The notes under the pieces: generated by a model
What the model was told of the DNA's origin: nothing
Databases searched by the model: none
The model's input: the letters and a program-made list of their open reading frames with translations, nothing else
Shown here: positions 8,829 to 16,382 of the stretch, piece by piece
Position numbering within the stretch: the stretch's first letter is position 1
How the letters are laid out: the number at the start of each line of letters is the position of its first letter
Made by a program: the position numbers and the translations under genes
Source: a virus
Lineage: Duplodnaviria; Caudoviricetes
Direction: 5' to 3' (one strand)
Length of the DNA stretch: 30,444 nucleotides
IMG/VR virus record: IMGVR_UViG_3300031965_000115
Location: 1-30,444 of that record

Positions 8829-9140
8829 AACCCAGGGGGTGGTAGGAAAGCTAGCAAAACCCAGAGGGGCTCACGCGCGTAATGACTACCGGGGATGAAC
8901 GCCTCTGAACCCCTCAGGAAAAAGTTCAGTGTAAACCCAGAGGGGCTCAAAGGGCCGATGAGCGCCTCTGGTGAAATGAGGCTTTTTTCCAGATAAGCTC
9001 AGAGGCGTTCATCCCCAGGACAGAGGGGCGGCTTGAGCCCCTCTGGGTGAAATGAGGCTTTTCTAAGAAGAGCCCAGGGGGCGGCTCAAACCCCTCTGGT
9101 AGAATGAGGCTTTTTTCCAGAAAAGCCCAGGGCCGGCTTG
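8829..9140. repeat. Non-coding array of direct and inverted repeats (ori or cos/pac candidate)
   Basis: aaacccagaggggctca occurs at 8857-8873 and 8933-8949, with an inverted 15-mer at 9034-9048. A perfect 18-bp inverted repeat pairs 8891-8908 with 8999-9016. Three units of cctctg..aatgaggctttt..agc(t/c)cag start near 8965, 9040 and 9093. Confidence 0.85.
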
Positions 9141-9497
9141 CTAGGTTCGGCGTCGCCCACGGCGTCCCTTCAGGCTCCTGACGATCAGGTTTTCAACCTC
9201 GTCGGAAATGTGTCTTGGCTCTCCAGGGAAGCGGGGAAGCCTGAGTCTCGAGTAGTCACCGACCCCAATGGAAACCACCTCGAGCTGCCTCCTCGCGCGG
9301 AGGACATTGCGCCAGAAGATGCCTGACTCTCTCGCCAGCTCCTTGACTATCGGAAGAGGAACCTCGCCGACCGAGAGCGCGGACGAGAGGAATGTCCTCG
9401 CTTCGGCGTCTTCCCTTGCCTGGATCCTCGCGATCCTCTGTCGGAGCTCCGGGTTCATCTTCTCACGGATTGCGTAGTGGAGTTGATGTCGCTTCAC
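9141..9497 (-). CDS. Stand-alone winged-helix DNA-binding protein
   Basis: ARTFLSSAL..ELARESGIFWRNVLRARRQLEVVS aligns with the C-terminal AERLLKKIL..KAAEEAGISLASLRRAKLGLGVVS of the adjacent AAA protein; ATGA-coupled. Confidence 0.65.
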   Translation of the reverse strand: MKRHQLHYAIREKMNPELRQRIARIQAREDAEARTFLSSALSVGEVPLPIVKELARESGIFWRNVLRARRQLEVVSIGVGDYSRLRLPRFPGEPRHISDEVENLIVRSLKGRRGRRRT

Positions 9498-10684
9498 ATA
9501 TCCTCCGGAGGAAGCTCCCAGCCTATGACCTTAGCTGGCATTCCGGCTTTCCTACTTACAACACCAAGTCCAAGCTTTGCTCTCCTCAGTGACGCGAGGC
9601 TTATCCCAGCCTCTTCGGCAGCCTTTTCTATCTCGGTGATTGGCTTGAGTCCATCGGCAAGAATCTTCTTGAGAAGCCGCTCTGCAGTAACTATGTTGAT
9701 ATCGCTTCTTGGTCGACTCTTCTGTTTTGCCTCGCGGATCTGTTGCCACACATCCTCAGCGCTGCGCGGATCAACGAGTGTCTTCCCCTCAATTCCCCAA
9801 ACAACCTTACCTTCTGAGGAATCGCGCTCCCAGGAGTCTATCCTAAACCGGAGCGTCGTTGGTCTCTGAGCAAGGTAATTCGACTTCGAACAGAGGAAGA
9901 GTCTCGTCGGATCTGTTCCGTTCGCGATGGGGTCACGATAGACGTGAAGGATTCCACGACCTACGTTGCGGAATGCTGCGGAGCCACTGATAGAGTCTTC
10001 GATTCCACCGTCGATTGACTTCCTCGGATGCATGACGCCCCATCCAACGAGATCAGCTTCTCTACACAATGCGACGACTGGACTGATTGCACGTCGTACA
10101 TCCGCTTCGTTGTTACTCGACCATTGTTTTCGGCCTTCGGGATCTCCAAGGTGCTCAAGCATCGTTTCGAGATAGAGTGCTCCGGCTCCGAGTGCTTTAG
10201 CTTTCTCGGCCATGATTCCAGCATCTTCATCAAACGCAACTGGTCTTGGGAGGATCAGTCCTCCTCGGATCACTGGAGGACCTTCTACAAACAAGGCGCG
10301 GTCCAGATCAGCCCCGGCTGCTTCGAGACGAGCTGCTACACGCTCCTTTGAGTCTTCGGTCACGCAAATCAGAACATTCGTTGCTGGTCGTCCGTCTCGT
10401 TCCCCGGGGAATGGTTCCCCAGTCGTGAACCTCGCGACGAGATCAACGCTCACCATCCCTTTGCCAGCTTCACCTGGGCCAACGAGGATCTGTAGTGAAC
10501 CTCTGACGAGTCGTCCACCAAAGTACGTGCGCAGTCGACGACGCTCAATCTTACTTGCCGGCTGGATCTGAATGTCGGAAGGGACGTGGGTCTCGCTGTC
10601 AACCTGCTTGCGCGCCGCCCTCCGAACACGCTCGTCGAGAACGGCCTTCTTGATCTTAGCCTTGAGCGGGTCCTGCTCAGCCAT
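9494..10684 (-). CDS. AAA_25/RepA-like replicative helicase with C-terminal wHTH
   Basis: Walker A LVGPGEAGKG; ICVTEDS; HPRK...GSAAF..VGR; KSNY; follows the Prim-Pol gene. Confidence 0.8.
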   Translation of the reverse strand: MAEQDPLKAKIKKAVLDERVRRAARKQVDSETHVPSDIQIQPASKIERRRLRTYFGGRLVRGSLQILVGPGEAGKGMVSVDLVARFTTGEPFPGERDGRPATNVLICVTEDSKERVAARLEAAGADLDRALFVEGPPVIRGGLILPRPVAFDEDAGIMAEKAKALGAGALYLETMLEHLGDPEGRKQWSSNNEADVRRAISPVVALCREADLVGWGVMHPRKSIDGGIEDSISGSAAFRNVGRGILHVYRDPIANGTDPTRLFLCSKSNYLAQRPTTLRFRIDSWERDSSEGKVVWGIEGKTLVDPRSAEDVWQQIREAKQKSRPRSDINIVTAERLLKKILADGLKPITEIEKAAEEAGISLASLRRAKLGLGVVSRKAGMPAKVIGWELPPEDM

Positions 10685-11588
10685 TGATGTCCTTCATGAT
10701 CTTCTCGGCGATGGAGTCGTCGACCTCACGCTCGGCGAGCTCCAGGTCCCTCGAGGCGACGCCAAGTGCGACGCCGATGGCTCGGCGGTGCTCTGCATCA
10801 CCAGGAGCATAGGCGCACCCCCATCGCCCGTCGTCCCAGACTACTGCGTTATCTCTGTGACGATCACGCCCGCGTAGGTCGCGGCAAGCGGGGCACTGGA
10901 ACTTGACTCGACCAGCGCGACGACGTGCGCCAGGTTGGAGCATGGCACGACGCACCACTTCCTCCGGCTCCGGTCCATCCCATGGTTCTTCTGGTGGTGC
11001 GCCAATCGCTGAACGCTCGATGTGGTCGGGCAACGCAGGCGTTATTAGGTACTCAACCCACCAAGGTGGTAGTTCGTACGTTGGTAGCAGCAGGTCGATC
11101 GCTCCCGTCCAACAATAGTTACCACCGGGTGGGACACCTCGCTTCTCGCTGCCAGGGTACGGAGACGGAGGGAGAACTACCTGACGACGGGGGCCAGAGA
11201 CGACGTCACCAACACGGCGACCGCGCCACTCAATGCCAGATGGCAACCCATCACGGTGGGCTACATAGACATGAAGACCTCCGCTGGGGCTCGTGCTGGC
11301 CGGCGGAGGAAGAGGACCGATCTCGGCACACATCTCGACGAGGACGCCTGGCACATCTACGTCGAGGACGGCGATCCCGGAGTCGTGGACGGCGAGGCCA
11401 ATTCCGCCCCCGTGCTTGAGCCATGTCCTCGCTTCGGTTGGACTGCTGGTTAGACACTCGTCCCATGTACGACCAAGTCGGAGACGCTTCGTTCCCGGCT
11501 CGAGAAGGACGACTGTCCAGTGACGCTCAGCCATTGCGGTGAGAGTCAGTGTTAGGTCGTCCAGGATACGCCCCCCGTTCCGCCACAC
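10677..11588 (-). CDS. Bifunctional primase-polymerase (AEP Prim-Pol) with C-terminal Zn finger
   Basis: GGGIGL..SGIAVLDVD (DxD), TSPSGGLHVY and VVLPPS motifs; C-terminal CPAC...GRWGC...H. The start is uncertain. Confidence 0.85.
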   Translation of the reverse strand: MWRNGGRILDDLTLTLTAMAERHWTVVLLEPGTKRLRLGRTWDECLTSSPTEARTWLKHGGGIGLAVHDSGIAVLDVDVPGVLVEMCAEIGPLPPPASTSPSGGLHVYVAHRDGLPSGIEWRGRRVGDVVSGPRRQVVLPPSPYPGSEKRGVPPGGNYCWTGAIDLLLPTYELPPWWVEYLITPALPDHIERSAIGAPPEEPWDGPEPEEVVRRAMLQPGARRRAGRVKFQCPACRDLRGRDRHRDNAVVWDDGRWGCAYAPGDAEHRRAIGVALGVASRDLELAEREVDDSIAEKIMKDING

Positions 11589-12004
11589 TTCTGGCAGTTG
11601 TTTGGGTACTCATTCCTCTGGAGCTCGGGTGAGTACTCGGGTTCCACGCAGCCGGTTCCACCGCACTCCGGACAGGTGAGCAGAACGGCAGGTACAACCG
11701 GCTCATCACGAGCTGAGGCTATGTGCTGATTCGGGTGCAGGGAAGTGTCGAGGACCGTTTCTCCGTCATCCGTGCAAACTTCCATGGAGACGGGATGAAA
11801 CTGGTGATTGAACGTGTGGACCCAGAGTCTGATCCGTCCACCGTTCATCAAAGCGGAGAGTTCCTCAGCAGTGAACTTCCACTCCGTTAGCACGAGCCCC
11901 TTTTTGTCGATGGCAGCGGGGAGTACCTCGTGTTCTGATTGGTTCTTACCGAGAAGAGTCCTCTCCGCTCCCTCGTGGATCTTCTCCAGTATCACTGGTC
12001 TCAT
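11552..12004 (-). CDS. Hypothetical protein with CxxCxGxG zinc-finger pair
   Basis: ATG 12004 (MRPVILEK); CPECGGTG and CQKCGGTG; N-terminal LPA..TEWKFTAEELSAL..GGRIRL typical of small phage proteins. Confidence 0.6.
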   Translation of the reverse strand: MRPVILEKIHEGAERTLLGKNQSEHEVLPAAIDKKGLVLTEWKFTAEELSALMNGGRIRLWVHTFNHQFHPVSMEVCTDDGETVLDTSLHPNQHIASARDEPVVPAVLLTCPECGGTGCVEPEYSPELQRNEYPNNCQKCGGTGGVSWTT

Positions 12005-12212
12005 TCTTTTTCCTTTCCCTGATTGGCACCCAACCTTCGATGTGCCCGCAATAGATGCAGCTCTCGTTGATGTGGTAGTGCTCCGGGCGCCATCGACCCG
12101 CCTGACTGTGACAAACCCGGGGGCCACGGTACGGCGCGAACGAGTCACCCTCCGAAGAAGTTGGTGACTGTGGGGCAGGTGTCGAGCTTCGTCGCTGTCT
12201 TGGCTTACCCAT
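11946..12212 (-). CDS. Hypothetical protein (CxxC)
   Basis: ATG 12212 overlaps the upstream stop; EHYH..ESCIYCGH; overlaps the downstream gene by about 60 bp, so uncertain. Confidence 0.35.
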   Translation of the reverse strand: MGKPRQRRSSTPAPQSPTSSEGDSFAPYRGPRVCHSQAGRWRPEHYHINESCIYCGHIEGWVPIRERKKNETSDTGEDPRGSGEDSSR

Positions 12213-12552
12213 TCCTAGATCCTCCTGCCAATCTTGGATCATGCTCCCTCCAGTATGGTGGTGGTAGCCAACGACGACGCGGCCAGCGGGGCCACTTCTG
12301 ACGTATCTCGTCCCACGTGAACTCCCCGAGCTCGTATGCTTCCCGATCTTTGCAGAATAGATGCCGTGTCCACCCCAACTCAGTCAGCACCTCGGCGCGC
12401 CAGGTGATCTCTCGACCGTTTAGCATCCTGCGAGCGCGGAGCCCCTCGTGAAACAGTTTGGACCGCTCTCGGCTGATCTGAAGCGGTCCGGGATAGGTGC
12501 CTTGGTCGACACAGGACCGGACAGCCTCTTGGAATCTCTGTTTGGCGGTCAT
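12205..12552 (-). CDS. Hypothetical protein
   Basis: GAGGAG SD before ATG 12552 (MTAKQRFQ); Trp/Arg-rich C-terminus. Confidence 0.55.
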   Translation of the reverse strand: MTAKQRFQEAVRSCVDQGTYPGPLQISRERSKLFHEGLRARRMLNGREITWRAEVLTELGWTRHLFCKDREAYELGEFTWDEIRQKWPRWPRRRWLPPPYWREHDPRLAGGSRNG

Positions 12553-12562
12553 CGGCTTCTCC

Positions 12563-12784
12563 TCAGAACAACGAAAGTTGCTCGCCTCGTCGCTTCTTCT
12601 TGTAATTGTATATGGGGGCGGTTGAATCGCAACGCCACTGGTGTAGGACGACACTGCACTCTACACACGTCCACCGATCCGCAGCGAGCAACCCTCCGAG
12701 CTCATACGTCAACTCGACGCGAGTCTCGGAGAGTTGCCCGCAGCGTTGGCAGACCGCGAGAGTACGGTCTACGCGAACGCGCAT
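12563..12784 (-). CDS. Small zinc-ribbon protein
   Basis: 73 aa; CQRC...CVEC; starts 2 nt after the SSB stop. Confidence 0.5.
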   Translation of the reverse strand: MRVRVDRTLAVCQRCGQLSETRVELTYELGGLLAADRWTCVECSVVLHQWRCDSTAPIYNYKKKRRGEQLSLF

Positions 12785-12785
12785 C

Positions 12786-13565
12786 TTACATCTCTTCTTC
12801 GGTGCTGCCGCCCTCCGCGTCGTCGGTCCCGGGCTCGCGAGCGAAGTTGATCGTCTTCAGCTTCACCGCGTCGAACGCTTGCTCCGCGATCCCGTACGTC
12901 TCGGCGTCCTGGACGATGCCTGCCGACTGCACGACGAAGAGGTACCACGCCCCCTGGTCGTTCTTGAACTGCGACGGGACCAGACGGAACCTTCGTGCGA
13001 AGATCGGAATGGACACGCCAGGGCCGGCGGTTCCTGGTGTCTTGTAACGGCTGCGAAGCACACCGTTGAGCTTCCGGGCGATGTTCAGGCCCGTGCTCTT
13101 GTACGACAGCGCCATCGGCTCCAGGTCGGGCAGGGTCAGGACGACGTAGTCGTAGAACTTCGTCGCCGCTGGCTTGACCGCTTCGCCATCCTTGTTTGTG
13201 GTCCACAGCGTGCGCGGGTCGCCGTGGGGCACGTTGCGATCGAGCACGACCTTGCGGTCGTCCGGATCGAACTCGACCCAGCGGGGCGGATCCGCCCGAA
13301 CGAAGATCACGTCGATCGGGTCCTCCCCGAGGATCTCGCTGGTCAGGTCGTTGAAGGCTTGCCCGACCTCGAGTCCCTCGATCTTGGCAGGGTCGCCCTT
13401 CGTCACCTGGGGGCTCTGCGCGTGCGCGATCAGCAGGCGCGGGACCTGGAAGTCCTCCTGTGTCATGTGCTCCGTGCCCGACGCCTTGCCCGTCTTCACG
13501 AACTCGGGGACCGTCAATGCGGTCTCCTCCGTCTTCGCCAGTGCGTCCTTCTTCTCGCTGGCCAT
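12786..13565 (-). CDS. Probable single-stranded DNA-binding protein
   Basis: 259 aa; DFQVPRLLIAHAQSPQV motif; aromatic beta strands; acidic tail (DDAEGGSTEEEM); GAGGAG SD; replication context. Confidence 0.65.
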   Translation of the reverse strand: MASEKKDALAKTEETALTVPEFVKTGKASGTEHMTQEDFQVPRLLIAHAQSPQVTKGDPAKIEGLEVGQAFNDLTSEILGEDPIDVIFVRADPPRWVEFDPDDRKVVLDRNVPHGDPRTLWTTNKDGEAVKPAATKFYDYVVLTLPDLEPMALSYKSTGLNIARKLNGVLRSRYKTPGTAGPGVSIPIFARRFRLVPSQFKNDQGAWYLFVVQSAGIVQDAETYGIAEQAFDAVKLKTINFAREPGTDDAEGGSTEEEM

Positions 13566-13567
13566 AT

Positions 13568-13744
13568 CTACTCCTCTACCGGTATCTCGTTAACATCGAT
13601 GACGACGCACCGGCACCCGTCGTCACTCAAACATCCCATGAATGGAGGGGTGTGATTGGTGTGATCGTCGTCTGCCGCAAGTCCATCTTGCATCAGGCAG
13701 TACGCGCAGGTTTCCCCGTCTCCTGCCGACAGTACGATTCTCAC
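13568..13744 (-). CDS. 58-aa protein resembling the isolated MuF C-terminal Cys motif
   Basis: GTG 13744 overlaps the upstream stop (GTGA); DGETCAYC..QDG...TPPFMGC...GCRC. Confidence 0.5.
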   Translation of the reverse strand: MRIVLSAGDGETCAYCLMQDGLAADDDHTNHTPPFMGCLSDDGCRCVVIDVNEIPVEE

Positions 13745-14322
13745 TTCTGCCTCAGGACGACCTTGTTCTTCAGGAAGACCTTCACCCCCGGTGGCGGCTC
13801 TTCCGACGCGAGGAGTCGCTCCTTCGCAAGAGAGTTCACCGTCTGCCAGGGGAGTGTGAGTTGGGTCTCGTATCCGTTGGCCACAGCCCACTCGCGAAGC
13901 TTGTCGCGGTCCTCGACTCCGGTGTAGGGCTCCGGGTAAACAGTGACGGAGCCTCCGCTTGCGAGCCGAAGCATCTCGATGTTCTCGGCTTCGTAGTGGT
14001 CGACGACCATCTGGCTCGTCGCCTCGATCCTCAGATCCAGCGAGGACCGAATCGTCTCCAGATCGTCACGAAGTCGACGCAGCCGCTTATACGTTTCGGC
14101 TAGCCACGCCGCCCCACCGATGTCACTTGCTACGACGCTGTTGTTGCTGGCGTCGGTGGCAAGGAGCTTCAGCGAGCCCGACAGCAACTGAAAAACACCA
14201 GTCGTGCCCGGTGCTGACATCATGTCGGCCTTGGCGAGCTCGACGCGATGTTGGTAGTCCTCACTGTTGCCTCGCCATGGCAACGGCGGGAGCTGCTTGA
14301 TGACGTGATCGTACTTGCCCAA
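13741..14322 (-). CDS. Conserved phage protein upstream of the SSB (coiled coil plus C-terminal PPGV domain)
   Basis: AAGGAGG SD before a TTG start; LREWAVANG..LPWQTVNSLAKERL..EPPPGVKVF. Confidence 0.65.
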   Translation of the reverse strand: MGKYDHVIKQLPPLPWRGNSEDYQHRVELAKADMMSAPGTTGVFQLLSGSLKLLATDASNNSVVASDIGGAAWLAETYKRLRRLRDDLETIRSSLDLRIEATSQMVVDHYEAENIEMLRLASGGSVTVYPEPYTGVEDRDKLREWAVANGYETQLTLPWQTVNSLAKERLLASEEPPPGVKVFLKNKVVLRQK

Positions 14323-14323
14323 C

Positions 14324-14614
14324 TTACGCCTCCTTCCTGATAATCGGTATGACGTTGCGTCGACGATGTGTCTTTCTCGTCGTCGAGTAGAGACGCACGT
14401 TGACTAGCGGTGCCAACTGCTGAGATGTGAGTCCTTCGGCCATGCGCCGCTTGACGCGGGCGCGGTACTCCACGTCCTCGTCGAGAGTGAGTCGCCGGGC
14501 AGTGCAATCCTCAGCGTTCACACGCTTCAGATCGATCTTCAGCTCCGGCTCACGGAGGAGCTCCCACAGCCCAACCCACAGATCCCACAACAGCCACGTC
14601 ACGAATCTACTCAT
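14324..14614 (-). CDS. Hypothetical protein
   Basis: ATG 14614 overlaps the helicase stop; AAGGAGG SD; Trp-rich N-terminus. Confidence 0.55.
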   Translation of the reverse strand: MSRFVTWLLWDLWVGLWELLREPELKIDLKRVNAEDCTARRLTLDEDVEYRARVKRRMAEGLTSQQLAPLVNVRLYSTTRKTHRRRNVIPIIRKEA

Positions 14615-16197
14615 ACACCACCCTCCTTCAGTACTCTCTGCCAATACTCGACCGTTTGTGACGCAAGGTCTCGTCTGCCACGCAGCGCTCGGAGAACCAA
14701 CGAGTCCATTGTGGGTTCGCCGGCTGGCCCAGTGGTGACCAAGTCGTGATAGCCTACTGGATGAGTCTGCCCTGGGCCATGGGGCCGGTCTTCTGATTGA
14801 CTCCGCACGTGGAGCGACCAGTCGTTCGATGAGTAGACAACTTCGTGTGCACCAGCAAAGTTGAGCCCAAACTTGCCAGTATGGACTGTGCCAACGAGCA
14901 TCCCCGGTCCTGCCTCGAGCACTTCGGGGTGCATCAGACGGACTGCTTCAGTTCGCTCAGCACGAGTCTGCCCGCCGATGAGGAGCTCGGTGTGGACTTG
15001 GGGGAAACGCTCGCTGACGGCACGGTAAATTCGTCGGGCCTCGGGGCGGAACCGACACCACACGAGCATGCGCAACGATGGCTCTTCACGGAGACGATTG
15101 GAGATCCATTCGAGGAGCAGGTCCAGCTTCTCTCGCCCTACCTCGCGCGTGACTAGGTCGCCCGTTTCTTCATCCTCCCCCGGATCCGGCTCTAGGCCCC
15201 CAAGAAAGCCAGCGCAGACCTGGGCCAGTCTCATGGCCCGAACGCCGGCCTGAGCGGCGGAGACCGTCTCACCAGTCTCGAGCCACGTTATGAACTCCTC
15301 GCGGAGTTCACGATACGTGCGCCAAGCCTCACGCCCCAGCGGAACAGTGAGCGTGACTGGGTCGAGCTTTGGGGGGAGATCAAGGCAGTCTTTCCTCACA
15401 CGTCGGAGGACGTAGGGAGCGAGCTTCATCTGGAGCTCGTCCATCTCCTTCCAGCGGAGGACCTGAGTGGGTTTCTTGCCCCACTTCGTCTGAACCATGT
15501 ATCCACCCAGATCCATCACAGCGTGGCGCGCCATGAAGGCACTCTTGTACTGGAAGCCAAGGATCCGCCAGTCCATCACGTAGGCTTGTCCGAACAGATC
15601 TTCGGGGGAGTGACCGATTGGCGTCCCGTTGAGCAACCACACACGGCCACACTTCTTTCGCAGCACGAGGCACGCGCGGTGCTGGAGTGCACGATGGTTC
15701 TTCACTTCAATGGACTCGTCTAGAACCAGAACGGTGCTCTCGTCGCAGGCGTCGAGAAGTGGGTCGAGATTTGGGCCACGCCAACGTTTTCCTATGTACT
15801 CGATGTCATGACGAATGTACTCGTAGTTCGTGATGACCCACTGGAGACGATTGTCGGGGCCTGCGGTCCACTCTTGTCGACGCGCATGATAGCTGACTGC
15901 GTGAATGCCGCACTTAGGCCATCTGTGCTTCGCTAGCTCACCGAGCTCGGGGTCGAACCACACGTCACGGACTGGCGCGGGGCAGACGACGATGACGCGT
16001 CGTACTTCGCCCCGTTTCCAGAGGACTGTTGCCGCATCGATCACTTGCTTCGTCTTGCCGAGCCGCATCTCGTCAGCGAGGAAGAGGCCACCTGGAAGGA
16101 GCCGCCCCTCTTCGGGGCGAACAGAGTCGACGAGCCACTCCACGCCGACGCGCTGATGCGCGTAGGGTTCGCGTGCGGAGCCAGACAAGTCGATCAT
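14611..16197 (-). CDS. SNF2-family (SF2) helicase
   Basis: YAHQ Q-motif, LADEMRLGKT, VVCPA, LVLDES, LNGTP, GLNF and QSEDR.H.PGQ. ATG 16197 overlaps the upstream stop. Confidence 0.9.
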   Translation of the reverse strand: MIDLSGSAREPYAHQRVGVEWLVDSVRPEEGRLLPGGLFLADEMRLGKTKQVIDAATVLWKRGEVRRVIVVCPAPVRDVWFDPELGELAKHRWPKCGIHAVSYHARRQEWTAGPDNRLQWVITNYEYIRHDIEYIGKRWRGPNLDPLLDACDESTVLVLDESIEVKNHRALQHRACLVLRKKCGRVWLLNGTPIGHSPEDLFGQAYVMDWRILGFQYKSAFMARHAVMDLGGYMVQTKWGKKPTQVLRWKEMDELQMKLAPYVLRRVRKDCLDLPPKLDPVTLTVPLGREAWRTYRELREEFITWLETGETVSAAQAGVRAMRLAQVCAGFLGGLEPDPGEDEETGDLVTREVGREKLDLLLEWISNRLREEPSLRMLVWCRFRPEARRIYRAVSERFPQVHTELLIGGQTRAERTEAVRLMHPEVLEAGPGMLVGTVHTGKFGLNFAGAHEVVYSSNDWSLHVRSQSEDRPHGPGQTHPVGYHDLVTTGPAGEPTMDSLVLRALRGRRDLASQTVEYWQRVLKEGGV

Positions 16198-16382
16198 AGG
16201 AATGCTTTCCAGAGGCGACGGAGAAGCTTCAGCTTGTTTGAGAACCACTCGGCCACGCGGTCAGCGTCTGTTGTCGTCACCCACTGCGGGGTCACCGGAC
16301 GCTTCAGGCGTGGACCCAGCAGCACGCAGCGCCACCCGTGCGTGCGGATCGCCGCGAGAGTCAGGTCGAGGTCGGCGCTCAT
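16194..16382 (-). CDS. 62-aa ORF homologous to the Prim-Pol N-terminus
   Basis: MSADLDLTLAAIRTHGWRCVLLGPRLKRP...RVAEWF aligns with LDDLTLTLTAMAERHWTVVLLEPGTKRL...EARTWL of 10677-11588; ATGA-coupled at both ends. Confidence 0.6.
   Translation of the reverse strand: MSADLDLTLAAIRTHGWRCVLLGPRLKRPVTPQWVTTTDADRVAEWFSNKLKLLRRLWKAFL

Noticed and set aside
8829-9140. Possible mini-CRISPR array
   Set aside because: The units are degenerate, occur in both orientations, have irregular spacing, and the intervening sequences are themselves repeats; no cas genes are in the window.
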